Below are positions 49,831 to 63,068 of a DNA stretch of 64,000 bases, piece by piece. Each line of letters opens with the position of its first letter. Positions within the stretch are counted from its first letter, which is position 1. Below the pieces are notes generated by a model. That model saw nothing but the letters and a program-made list of their open reading frames with translations, did not search any database and was not told where the DNA came from. The position numbers were made by a program, and so were the translations under genes. The stretch is taken from contig OZ037770.1 of NCBI GenBank assembly GCA_964035545.1, positions 14,808,642 to 14,872,641 of the forward strand, written 5' to 3'. Origin of the DNA: Bugula neritina. Taxonomy: Eukaryota; Animalia; Bryozoa.

Positions 49831-52800
49831 ATGTCTGATAATCAAGATACTACTCAAAATGATAAATCGGAGAGCAGAGATATTCCTACAGCTTCTGGAA
49901 CTTTCCAGGCAGCCTCCATTCCAGGTATTTTTAAATATTAAAAGCTAGATTGCTTTTTTAAAATCCGTTCACCAAACTTGGTAGAACCAACTGTTTCTGA
50001 CAGTGACAATCTAAGATGATGCATATGTTGATATTTTAGCCTCACCTCCAAGATTTATATCAGTTGAGCAGTTAATGGACGCTTCTAATCTTATCGCTAA
50101 TATGAAGTTGGCTCACGATATATCAGTAGACGATAATTTTGAGCTGGCGCCGGAGCAGCCACCAGAGGGCAGGTTTGTTCAAAGTATTTAGAAATCACTA
50201 ATCAGTTTTCAGAATTGTGAAAAATTCATTTAAAAACCTGCAGCGCACAAACTAGGTCTTTTTCTGAAGATCAAAGCTCGAGTTATCACCTTTTATATAT
50301 CTGTTCTCAGTTTAGAGAAGAGGGTTGCAGAAACTATGAGAAGGGCCTTCTGGGATATGTTAGCCGAACAATTAGCTCAGCAACCCGCGGAATATTCTCA
50401 AGCCCTCTCACTTATTCAAGATATCAAACAGGTGTGATATTTATCGATAGCACTGTATTGCGTGTTATAACATATGCGCAGGTTTCTTTCAAAAAGTTTC
50501 ATTTCTATCAGTTGTGTACAATATAACTGATTTGATTGGCTGCTTGATATGTATCCTGCATTTCCATTGGTTGTAAAGCATAATGTGTGTTTCAACTGAT
50601 TGCTGATTGGCAGATGCTAGGCAAGTGTATCTTGCCACACCAACACTCACTGAGGAATCACATCAATGAAGTGATGGATCTGCAGCTGATAAAGCAGAAG
50701 ATAGAGAACGACGCGTTTGACATCTCGTACTACGCCAACTTTACTATCGACTTCATGGGTAGAATGTGCGCCCCCTGTAGGTCGGAGAGAGTTGCTAAAC
50801 TCAAGGAACTGAGTGATGTCGTGTCAATATTCCGGTTAGTATTTGCTGTGTGTGGTGGAGTTGTTCTCCCCTGACAGCAATGTGTTTGGTGTGCTCTGCA
50901 ATAATGTCCATTTATAATAAGTACTTAGCCATCAGGGGTGTAAGAAAGGGGTGTAAAGAAGGAGAAGGGTAACACACGAGTTATTAGTGACTTCAGGGTA
51001 TGGAGCCTCATTATATTATTTTTTAAAATGTGAACCTCGATTCACACGCTCTGTTTGACATAGACTTATGGGATACAGGGTCATGTGATCAACAGAATTT
51101 AATATGTTCTTTTAACATAAATGATGTTTTTTAGAACAACTTGTATTTTACAATTGAGGCCACTCACTTCTATATATTTATTATTCTTCTATTTATTTAT
51201 TATTCTTCTATTTATTTATTATTCTTCTATTTATTTATTATTCTTCTATTTATTTATTATTCTTCTATTTATTTATTATTCTTCTATTTATTTATTATTC
51301 TTCTATTTATTTTTTATTCTTCTGTTTATTATTCTTCTATTTATAATTTGCCCCAGCTACTTCTATTTGTTTTATGATTTGCTCTATTTTGAATTAAGGT
51401 AGACTCTGTTTGTCGCAGGGAGATCCTGGCAGTCTTGGAGGTGATGGTGTTAGACATGGCCAATTTCACCATAAGTGTGATGAGGCCGCATATCAAGCAG
51501 CAAAGTGTCGCCTACGAGAGGGAGAAGTTCGAGGAGGTGCGGAGGAAACAGGAAGCTGCTGGCATCGACGGACTAGAGTATACGAGAGAGTGGTTGGAGA
51601 GAAGTTACGACGTGGTAGAGGATCACGTGGAGGGGCAGGCGATGTACGGCACCACCCTGACAGACGTGCAGGGTACCCCAGCTAATGTGCTGCACGGGGC
51701 TTACCTTGACCTACTCAACTGGGAGCACACGGACTACCCCGAGGTATCCGCTCTTTCTTCTGAATATTTTCTTCTGATTTCACCTGTTGAAGTTGTCTTT
51801 TAATTTTTGTACTAGATAACTAATCATTTCCCAGACGACTGATGAATTGTTAGAAGTAGTTTTCATTACAGATTAGTTCTCTTGCACCTCAGGTGTCACT
51901 CAGTGCTGCAAGTGGCTGATGCCGTTATATTGTGTGTTTTAACCAAATTTGAAGCACAATTCATATCACGTAGTTTTAACTGCTTGAACGTTTTTTCATC
52001 ATCTTAGGAGATTGCAAAATTGTTCTCTGAGGTTATGCCAAATCTGAATATAGATATTCATTACTATTTGTATACAATAACAAGAGTAGATGTTGTATCG
52101 CCACACATATGCAGTAACGTGAGCAACATAGATGTTGTATTGCTAGACGTATATAACAATGTGAGCAGAGTAAACATTGTGTAGTTGTGTTGCTACAGGT
52201 ATGTAACAACATAAACAGAGTAAACATTGTGTAGTTGTGTTGCTACAGGTATGTAACAACATGAACAGAGTATTATGTGTTGAGAAGTTTGCTGTGTGTT
52301 GCAGACGTGTCTGGTAGATCAAGAGAGGTTTATGCAGATTTCATACAACCTAAAAAAGCTCACCTTGACCTCTTCAGTACTTCTCGTGGCATTATCTGCC
52401 CCTGCAGATAGACTGAGCTCCCACACACAGTTTAGGGTGAGTACCTTTGATTACTGAATAATAGTACTAGTTACTGAGTACTACTGACAACTAGCAGTTA
52501 CTGGTAACTTAGTACTACTGACTACCACCTACTGACAACTGTGAATCACTATGAATTATTAGTGACACATTTTATCTCTCATGAAATATAGTTTATTATA
52601 TGATTTGTAAACACCTGTCCTGATGTTATTTTCTTTATTGTATCTCTGGGTTACTATCTTTTAGTGTGTCATAATTTTCCGTTAATCTTTTCACCAGAGT
52701 TCTGAGTTTAATTATTTACCTAATTTTTTTGATTATATATTTAACTTTTATAATTGAATCAAAATAAACTATATTCAGTTTGTAGTTATCACAAAAATTT

Positions 52801-54724
52801 GTGTAACATAATTATTTGCCATAAATTGAAGTAATTTTGGATAATCATTTCGTAGTTATCTTCTCTTCATAGGACAAGCTCAAAGCCGACATTCTGGCCA
52901 TACTGTCAGATGTAGCTGAGAGGGAGTACAAAGAGAAAGTGGTGAACATATCTGAGCACCTAGCCCTAGAAGTAAACAAGCAGCTGCAAGTACTGGGACA
53001 CCCTCAGCTCACCCAACAACAGCTGGTAAGTTCCCAGGCTATTCTCTCCTCCAGTGTATTCATATTTGTTGTGGTGATTTGTTTTCCCTGCCTAACTACA
53101 CACTGAACACCCCACTGGCTGTTTGTTATTTGAGCTATGTAGTTTATATTCATGGTTTTATTATCCTGGGTCATGTGATCTACAATGCATTGTGTGCTGT
53201 ATAAATAATACATATTTACACCTGTAGAATAACCTCTCAGCACCTGCGTATAAATTAGTAATGAAAAAATCTGTACCCTGTTGGAAAGTTCCACAGTGGA
53301 ACTGTTTTTGCTGAGTTGAAATTGAATTCATGAATTGAACTTGAAACTAGCAACAATTCAGATGATACAATCTCTGTTGTCCTATTGATGTCTTGCTTAT
53401 CCTGTGCCTTACTTGCCGAACTGAAAACGATTTCACTACTTTTAGACTGAGTACAAACAGAGCATCAGGGCGGTCGTAGAGCCGAACCACGCTGTCTACT
53501 CACTGCTCCGCAGACGTATAATGACCTTCATATTTCAGTCCTTAGGTCACAGCAGCAGCCAACCGCTGCAGCTTCCTGGTGGCATCGGTGCAGTCAGCGA
53601 TGACATTGCGTCATACTGTGGCAAGGTATAAATTGATAGAGTTACTAGGTTATAATTGTCTATGCTTGTGGCTGTAAATATACAGTCAATATTGTTCGGC
53701 CTGCATTCATTTTCTTAAGTTGCGTTTATGCCTTCACGATTTTCAGTCAGAAATTCAATTTGGCCGAGTTGAAATTTCTCCGAGATACAATGCATTGTAA
53801 AAGCCACTCGTAAAAATTTTTGTACTGCGATAACTTAATTGGCTAAGTTCAGAATAATACTCAAAAGGAGTAATAACTCCTTGTAAACATCGTTATTTAA
53901 TTATGACTTTGGCGATTAGATGACGTACTTTTATGTTAATAGCTATATCGCCTACACCTTCTCAATTATGGCTTTTATGCTGTCAACTTCACTAATTCGC
54001 GACGTTTACAAAGGGCATCAAATAGCTATTACGCGAGTCAGATTTCACTTTTAGAAAGTAAGCTTCTGCATCAATATGATTTTAACGATTTTTAGTTTGA
54101 CTATAAAGGGGTACCCGGACAAGGGTTATTAACTGAAACTCGGTACTTTTTCAGCAGAGGCAGAAATGCAACTTCACTGTTTGAAAGTGATTTTCTACTC
54201 CTTCCAATTAGCTAATGGTGTGTTATCTATCTTCTTGGTGAAGATTCTTATTGGAACTCTGCACATTATGTTTGAACGCTCAGCTCATTGATCTGCTTGA
54301 TAAAGTCTGTAATCGGGGAGGTTTAAAGTTTTAGTATCAACAATAGACTTTTTCTAACTAAAATAACCACAAATTTATGCAGTTTTAAACATATACCATC
54401 ATTTAGAAGGGGTGGGAGCTCCTTTCTTTTTAGCAGCTACAGTTTGCACAGTTTTCTTTATTGTTTTCTTCTGTTTAGATAAAAAAATTTCTGCAATTTC
54501 TTGCAAGTCATTTGATATATTATATTTTATTTCGTGATGTTGCTTGCCCCAGCTATTAGAATGTTACGTTCAGTCGTGTGTAGTTAGTTTACTATTACGT
54601 TGGTTCTTCTTTCCCACAGTTCCTTAAGCTCTGTTCACATAACAAGGCTGTGTTTGGCACGACGTATAGTGACATCATAGCTTCACTGATGAATATGACT
54701 GATCTTTCACCTAGAACTAACTAA
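49831..54724 (+). CDS. TCP11L1: T-complex protein 11-like (TCP11/TCP11L1/L2 family)
   Basis: Exons 49831-49924, 50040-50172, 50311-50431, 50614-50834, 51419-51743, 52305-52436, 52873-53025, 53446-53625, 54620-54724. Motifs ASPPRF, NMKLAHDI, AFWD, MCAPCR, LDMANF..MRPH..QSVAYEREKF, YPET, HNKAVFG..Y. Assignment to L1 rather than L2 is nominal. Confidence 0.9.
51172..51345. repeat. AT-rich minisatellite (TTTATTATTCTTCTATTTA)n
   Basis: About 8 copies; generates the spurious YLLFFYLFII ORFs. Confidence 0.9.
52085..52272 (+). repeat. About 50-bp tandem repeat containing CAG|GTATGT composite splice sites upstream of the TCP11L acceptor
   Basis: CAGAGTAAACATTGTGTAGTTGTGTTGCTACAGGTATGTAACAACAT occurs twice (AG ending 52198 and 52248), plus two older degenerate copies. 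Confidence 0.85.
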
Positions 54725-57700
54725 TTCTACCTTAGAACTCAAGTATCTCACTGTAGAGGTAAATGACAATTCTATCTCATTCTGAATACAGTCTCTATTT
54801 ATTATATTCTATATTTTTTCAGCTGTTGAATAATCCTGAAACTGTAGTGCACATTGTTTTTGTGTTTATTCTTTACTAAAACACATCATGTATTTTATTA
54901 TAATAAATTGTGCTTTAAATAAAATGGTACCTGAGCTACTGATTTTGATGTTTTGATTTAAAAAACTCTGTTCTCATTATACCCTTAATTTTGTTATTCA
55001 TGCTGAGAGTTTATTGATTGTTGAATTAAACAATAATATTTCTTGTTTTGGTTTAAACTACAAGATTTTTCTGGAATCGAATGCAGTGATTTCAAGCAAG
55101 AGTATGATATTGTTTTTATAAAATAGTTGTCAGTGCAAGGGATATTCATTGACTGGCATCTTGGACAATGGTCAAGTAATGTTGTTTGCTGACTTTCTTA
55201 TGCAAACATCATTTGCTGTCCCAGTTTCAGGCCTCTTGGATATATAATTTTCTTCAAATGTTTACATAAATGATTAAAGCTCTAAAGTTTTCTCATTAGC
55301 CAATAATTATTAAACATTAGAGAGATAAAGAATAGGCTATTCCTCAATATCTGTAAAAATATAATACTCTTTGACAGAAATAGCAAATATTCTGTCAAAT
55401 GATGTCTTTATTGAAACAATAACTTTGATTTAGGCTTTATTTTTTATGACTGCTCCCATCAAACACAACTGATCGATTTAAGCCTATCAGAAAGTTTTCT
55501 AGGCATGTTTACTCTTGTGATTATCAGTGACTGTATATTCATTGTAACTTGCATTCTTTTTTCTTTAAATTCAAAAATTTACAAACATAATTAGTTGAAT
55601 TACCTATAAGGTTGAGTACTACAGCCACATCTAAAGAAACTGTTTACAGCAATAGTTGAAGGGATATAGTTAATAAAATATAACGTGTTTTTAGCAGTGC
55701 TTTTTGTTATTCACTAGCTGTGATAAAGTTTTATTGCCAGACTTCAAAATCAACATTGGCACACCCTAGTTTTTGTCACTTATATTTAGTTCATGTGAGT
55801 TATTAAATAATAAACATGACTCAATATTGTTTATTCAGCTCATAAAAATAATCCAATAGCCAACGGGTCTGTTTCATTTATGTAACAAAATCTAAACGTG
55901 CCTTAGTTAAAGTAGTTTTGCTCCTAATCTTATTGTAACTAAACCATGTATTGTTCTCAGGCAAATACTATTCAGCTGAATCTTTTTTGTAATACTACTC
56001 TGGCAAAAGAAAAGTTATGTAATGCAAACTGCTGACTATTGTTTGAGCCTCATGATTGGCTATTGAAGTCAGCTGCTTCTGGCGTATGCAAGGACTGAGC
56101 ATTCAATGTGATTATCACGTTGTGTAGTTAGATCTCACTAAACTTGAAAAGCCATGTTAAAATGCTAGCTTGTTCTCTGCTTTTAGAAAGACCTAAGTTT
56201 TGTATCTATAGTGAAAAGTATGAACAGAACCGCAATGAGTAGTATAAAGCGTGTTAAGTACGGTATTGCTTAGCCACTTTGTTACCCTATATCAAAATCA
56301 TTTTGACCATGTTATTTCTTGCTCATCTCTCCTTCACAGCTTTTTGTTATGCTTAGAATCATTGTTTGAGCTATTATGGCAAGTGACCAGAATGGCAGTT
56401 GTTAGATGGGGTGGCAATAGTAAACTAAGTTATTACATGTTGAAGGCTACATAATGTTTCAAGATGGCTAAACGAACAGCTATTTAAATATTTCTAGAAC
56501 ATATATAAATCAATAGTCATAATGACATAAAATTAGTAAATAAGAAGTTTTGTTTTGAATACAATGCTGTCATATTGCACACCGGATATTAGCATGTTTA
56601 TTGAGTTGGCATAAGGAAATAAGTTCTAGAAGGATTAGAGATCTTTGTACGATTCACACTGCTACTCGGTTACTGTACAGTACACATTATTTATTTAAAG
56701 GATGTTAGACAAGTCTTATTCACAGTCAGAACAAAATATGTTTAATTGAGCTGGTAGCTTTGGCTAATTTTTAAAAGCCTTGTACTGTCTTACTTTCTTT
56801 TAATACAATAGGCTGTATAATATACTATTATTTTCACTGTTTGTCTTGCATATGTTTCACAGGCTATAATAACCCACAAACCAGTGACTAGTCTGTGTTC
56901 TTAGGCAATCAGGTGTTGAATACTTTTCTGTGATTGAATTGAAGTCAAAGTTTAGTCACCTGGAATTAAGCTCTTTGAAGAAATAGATGGCTCTAGGCTG
57001 ATAAGCAGTTGGGCAATTCTAATGAAACCTTCTGAGGGGATACATTCTGTGAAATTGGTGAAGCTTTTAGCGAAGTCCTAAAACTGAAAACCCCAGTACC
57101 TAAAAATAGAAACACTTTGATGAATTAGTTTGCTGGTTGCTCCTTTGGTCTACTATTTGGAAAAAAAACCATTATCTATAAATATACAAAATGGATCGAA
57201 ATGGTTACGGTTGGAAATGGTACAATTATCTATAAATATAAACTATATATTATCTGTAAATAACTAAAAATAATAATAATCATTACAATTCAGCTTGAAA
57301 ATGTATGATAAAATGAGCATGATTAACAATTATGACATTTTAAAAGCACTGTTTCATGCTGTTACACAGTTGGTTTGCATAGTCTGATATAAATGCCATT
57401 ATTACAGGGTTGGTGGGTATTGGGCATTTCATGGCATCCCCTCATACGTCTGCAATCAGCTGTGATGTTTTATTGTCATTTGATATTGATTTATTGAGTG
57501 TTTGGATGTTGGCATACTGAATCATAATCAATTTTCAAATATTTATTGTTTAAAAATACTGTAAAATATATTTAATTTATTTGATTTTGATATATTATAC
57601 CGTCCACTTTTAAAGTATGTTGAATTTATATTGCAAAATCTTTTTATTGTGTGATGAGATTCTTTGAAATGAATAAGTTTATCAGTTTCATCGTTCTATC

Positions 57701-58361
57701 AAATATGGTGAGAAAATTCATGTCATTGTTGAAATTCTTGATTGGGAAGTTTCTCTTAAGTATTGAAAATAATATTTTGGTTATGAATCAAAGTAATATA
57801 ATGAAATCGGCCAATAGAGAGCCTGCTTTGATTTTTTTGTATAATTAATTGAACAAATAACAGATCATGAAACAACATGGTTGAGTGAACTACATCAGTA
57901 GATAGTGGACACAAGAAGCAAATATGACATAGTAAGTCTTAAAACCTCAGATAATTACCACCATTTGTTTCTTTTCACATGAAATTCGCACATTTATATA
58001 TAATTTGAGTTTACGGTTTAGCTGAGGAGATATTGGCACGTTATCTTAGCTAATTCTCATTTTCCTTTTGCTAGGTCTTCCACCTGACTCACTTAAAGTG
58101 ATGACTGAGCCGGAATAATCACCTCCACAGGGTAATAATCTGTCTTTGTCAGGCGATTCATTCAGTGTTTTCAAACCTAGTCCATTGTTTACATTAATTT
58201 ATTGATTTATTATAACACTCAATAAGCTGCTTATCGATTTCTTTTCAGGGGCGGAGCTTGAAAAGTCAACCAGTGCTCTGAGTTATGCAAGTTTTGTTTT
58301 AAATAAGGCAGCGAGTGACATTGCAGGCATTCATACTGGGCTGTTCTCTGAATAACCAGTC

Positions 58362-61300
58362 ATGGCTAGAAAGTCTCTTAAGTTTCTGGTGGTTTTCACC
58401 GCCGCTTTCGTTGTAACTTCTGCCGAAGAATATAACTACGAGGGTAAGTGAGTCTGTGTGTAACTGTGTTTAGTCTAGAAGCTTCTAACAGGTTGTTGGC
58501 TCAACTATATCACCTTTCCCAGTTGGTGAAATTTCATTTCCTTGATTTGTAGTTGACCTTTGGTCAAGGGCACTCACTAGAGCTCCAGTCTGATTAAACT
58601 TGTGTTTCCGTTGCTAATAAACTTCATAAATAAACGAATACTTTGACATCTGTTTCAAAATTTACAATTATCAAGTTATTATTTAGAAAAAGACTGAATT
58701 GAAAAGATAAATATTCCTTGCCAATTAATAAAGATTTTTCGGTTTTTCTAATGCCTAAGTCTCTGAAAAAAAAAATTTAATTTTCTTTTAGTTTAGCTTA
58801 AATATCGTTTTCTTTTTCTTTAAAAACATTTTTTGGAGACATTTTGATATTAACTGTATAGTTTTTCAACCTGTTTTTACGTTCATCATTCTATTATATG
58901 CATAGCTATCTCTTTAAACTGTGTCATAAATTACACTGACTGGGACTATAAAATTTGCTTTGATACGAAATCCTTATTTAAAAAAGCACAAAGATTGAAT
59001 ATCAATTGATTTCTTCTGCATTGTTCATTGCTTTCAAACGGGTGTTTATTTTTCAAACTCTTTCATATAAGTAATATTTGTAAGGTGTTGTATCATTTTT
59101 CAGTATTACGCTTCAAACTATAGAGAATTGATTAAGATTTGTATTCACAGAAATTTGAGCCTAAATTAACTTCAAACCCAAAAGCATCATATAACGTATA
59201 TTTGTTTTACTAAAACTAAGCTGTGTTTAAATACTGAATATATTAGTGATGGTGAATATGAATTGATGAATATGTAATTGCATTGATGGTATATTTATTG
59301 ATTGTGTCTAACTTTCCCTAGAGTTTTAACGGAGTAACTTAGTAGGAATTATAAACTAAGGCATCTACTTGACTGGCCCCAATGTTGATTTGTTTTTTTA
59401 TACTGCGCAGCAACTATTGAAAATGTTTTTAATTTGAAAACTCACAAGGGAGTTACAGCTTAAACAGACTGCTGGCCAAGTTGATGAATATATTGATAAA
59501 GCATTTCTAGTTTTAACTCATGGGCTAAGAAATTGTTATTAATTGAATATTTGTATTATTTGCAATATTAGCTACATTTAAATAGATCAATTCAGCAATG
59601 TGCCATAAAAATTGCCTAAAATCAAACACAAAGTTTGGCAAAAACTCTATGAATAAAATTTTATAGAATTTGACAGCAGCTTTATTTAGTTTCAATTACT
59701 TTTTTTCATCTGTACTTGCATTGTTTACATTTAAATCTTCAGATATGAAAAGCAAATGAAAAATAAACCATTAAGATTTTTACATGTAGATTGTAAGCTC
59801 TTTTATCTTGTCAAATTTGCAAATTCAAAATGTATTCTTTTTTCTCAAAAATATAATGGCAGTTTTGAACCATTTCAAAAAGTTTCAGACCGTGAGCTTC
59901 CAGCTAGCTGTCTATAATTTAAATTAGTCTACCCTTTAATTAAATTTGTGTGTAATGCGTAAAATAAGTGTTAATGAGGATCTATAAAATATCTTTGAGA
60001 CTACTATTGCCAAATACAATGTAAAACATCTATGCAAAAATTTTAACAAATTTGTAATAAATATATTTACTGGTGTTTACTCTACAAATTTATGGGAATT
60101 ATTTGCTCTATTTTCCAAGTTATATTTTTTCTTTTTATATTTTAATATCTTATATTTATATGTTCAAATAAGCTAGAACATGTGTTTGAATGTTGCGAAA
60201 TCTTGTTGCTATTAAATCTTCATGTATTATATTCATGTGTTTTATTATAATAAACTGGAACATGTGTTTTAGAATGTTTTACTACTGACAGAGGGAAGGA
60301 GTACAAGGGAACTATAGCTGTCACTATGGACAACATCCCTTGTCAGGTAAGATTATTCACTAAACGCATTACAAGTATTTGTTGTATAAATTTACTAGAT
60401 TTGTGTCAGGAAAGGAACTTTTTAGTTTAAACTTTTACTAGAATAAATTGTGTTTCTAAATTTTAGCAGAAAATTCTCCTTAAGAGAATTTTAAAAGACT
60501 AAGAATGTTTTTTACTGAATTTTTGACGAGGTATAGTGTAGCCAAAATTGTAGTTTATTTTTTTATTGCAGTTGGTATTTTTTTTGTAATTTAATTTTTA
60601 TTTCAAATAATTCTTAGTCTTTTGATTATTAGTAAAATATTTTATTTGAATTTTTTATTGCGTTGGTCACTCGTAATTTCCAATCATGCAACCCAGTTTC
60701 TGTAAATTTTTAGTAAATGAGTAAAAAAATTACAATTTTATATATTTTGCATATAATATTTTACAATGTTTTAAAAATTAGGCAATATACTAGCATATTA
60801 AATATGATGCGGTTCATTACAATTCTATTATGTAATACAGTATAGTGAATAATTAACATTAACTGCTTGTAAAACTATTTAAAGCAATAAAATTTCCACA
60901 AGTGCTGTGCTAGAATTTTCATTATAAATATTCTAATAAAGAATTGTTTTAGGTGGCACATTAAATCATATCAGTTGCTTTATGGAGGAAGTCAGTAATT
61001 TTATTCCTTTGCTTTAGGGTTTTGTTTCACTATTTTAGTGAATTAAATTTACTAAATATATCCATTAATATTAAATGATATTTTGTTAAATCATAATCAG
61101 AAGTCCTTCGAATTATGAGTAACTGGTTTACATTCACATTGAGATATACTCAACTATAGATGATAATTCTATTGAAAAGCCGGTATTACCGATTCACATT
61201 ATAGTCAGAACATTTGATATGATATTCTATTTTGTGCTCTTTTCTCTCAGAGGTGGGATACGGACTTCGCTCCTCATGACATCACTACATACGGCCACGG

Positions 61301-63068
61301 CTCTTTCCCAGACGATACTCGAACTGATGCAGCCAATTACTGTAGAAACCCGGACAGCGAGCCGGACGGCCCGTGGTGCTACACTACCGACCCTGATATT
61401 CGTTGGCAGACGTGTAAAGTGCCCAGATGCTGTGAGTCTCTTCTGATTTGTTTATTTGTAGGATGTCATAAGGTCTTAAATTTGTCTCACATCATGAAAT
61501 CCTTGGAATGCTAGAGCTTAAACTTACACAAAGTTGATCAAAATATTTGATAGCATCTAAAGCTGAGACATTTTTTTAATATAATATAATAATACAATAT
61601 AATTTAATGTGCTATGATAATATAATATAATTTTTGATGGCAAGATTCCAAATATTTAATTAGTCGGTCTAAAATTTAGATTATAGCTTTGCAGCATATG
61701 TATACAGTCACAACTTTTCAAAGATGCATTAATATAGTTATTATAAAATTGTCATTAAACTGTGTAATTTTCTTTGGGTTGAAAACATGTGCTGTTGTAT
61801 TTGTTTAGATGGTAGAGTCACTGGGGTCGCACCCAAGGTCATTAGTGACGCTGGAAATGTACGTGTCACCATTAGAGGAAAAGGTAATATATATTATATT
61901 GATTATATTGATTATTATTACATCATTACATTAAAATATTATATATGTGTGTATGTGCGCGAGTGTGTGTTTATATAAATGAATATTTTGAAAAATTCTC
62001 CCAGGTTTTGCCGACAGTCAATTCAATTTTGGGGCGGAGAGTCACAAGGGAAACAAGGTGTGGTTTGTAGATGATATCCAACAGTACGAGTGTGAGATAT
62101 TCCCAGACGGTAGCAACGAAGAGATGATTCAGTGCTACACGCCGTAAGCTCCTCCTCCCCTTTCATTTTCTCATCTTGAATTCTGTTTATTTAATAATTT
62201 ATGACATAAATAAAATCCTGGACAAAATTGCTTTCAGTGCTGTTATCGTGAAACATTTTTTCTAGAAACTTGCGTTGTCTTCCAATAAGTTGGAAATGAG
62301 CAATACATTTTTTTGGCGATTGAATTTGAGCCTTTTACATCTTTTTAAACATTTCAAAGATGTTTTTAACTTGCAGTTGTTGACACTTTTCCTTCCTTTT
62401 ACTCTGTTGTACGTGAATGTAGTTACTAGTGGCACTCTTTATTTTTAGCAACACTATGGAGGCTGGAACATATTATGTTAAGGTCGCAGTAAATGGTGTG
62501 CCCACCCCTGATGATGGTCTCTGCAACAACAACCCTAAGTCTTGGTCATGCTCTCTCTACGTAAGTGTAGTATTACTCACTAACTTACTCTTCATGATGG
62601 TAGATTAGGTAATATAAACTCATTTTTCCTGAGTAACTTATCCCCCTGGTAAATTTCTAGCAGATGGTATTTAAATGATCTATGTCAGGTAAAACCATTT
62701 TAATGCAATATTTACAATTTGTATATCAAGTTCAAAAAAATGCATATTAAATTATAGTATTCATAACTGGGACATCTTAATAAATATTCTCAGTTTCAAG
62801 TTTAATAATTAAAGTTTTTAGCGTACAAAACCGGTTTCAATTTACATTAAGGTTTGTAGGTTGACAGGAAATGGGATATTATACACGTTTTTATGTATTA
62901 TGTATTAACCTTGTAGACTAATGTTCATTACCACCCGTACATCGAATCAGTGTTTCCAAGCGCTGCTCCTAAAGACAGCGTGATAACTGTTTATGGCAGG
63001 TTCTTCACAGATAAATACGGCTCCAATTTAGCTGAGGCCACCAACGGCAAAACAGAAGGCATTCTGAG
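58362..63068 (+). CDS. PKHD1L1: Fibrocystin-L (PKHD1L1)-like protein with N-terminal kringle; 5' portion only, continues beyond the window
   Basis: Exons 58362-58443 (signal peptide), 60273-60346 and 61251-61431 (kringle: [12 protein letters not shown]...CQRW...NYCRNPD...PWCYT...CKVPRC), then 61809-61883, 62005-62143, 62449-62560, 62917-63068. The latter encode IPT/TIG sequence (VTIRGKGF..QFNFG...GNKV...IQCYT...VAVNGVP...SWSC...[15 protein letters not shown]...NGK..ILR) matching the PKHD1L1 N-terminus as I recall it. Confidence 0.85.

Noticed and set aside
51744-52304. Intron starting GTATCC as a possible U12-type intron
   Set aside because: It continues GTATCCGC rather than GTATCCTT, and there is no TCCTTAAC branch site near the acceptor.
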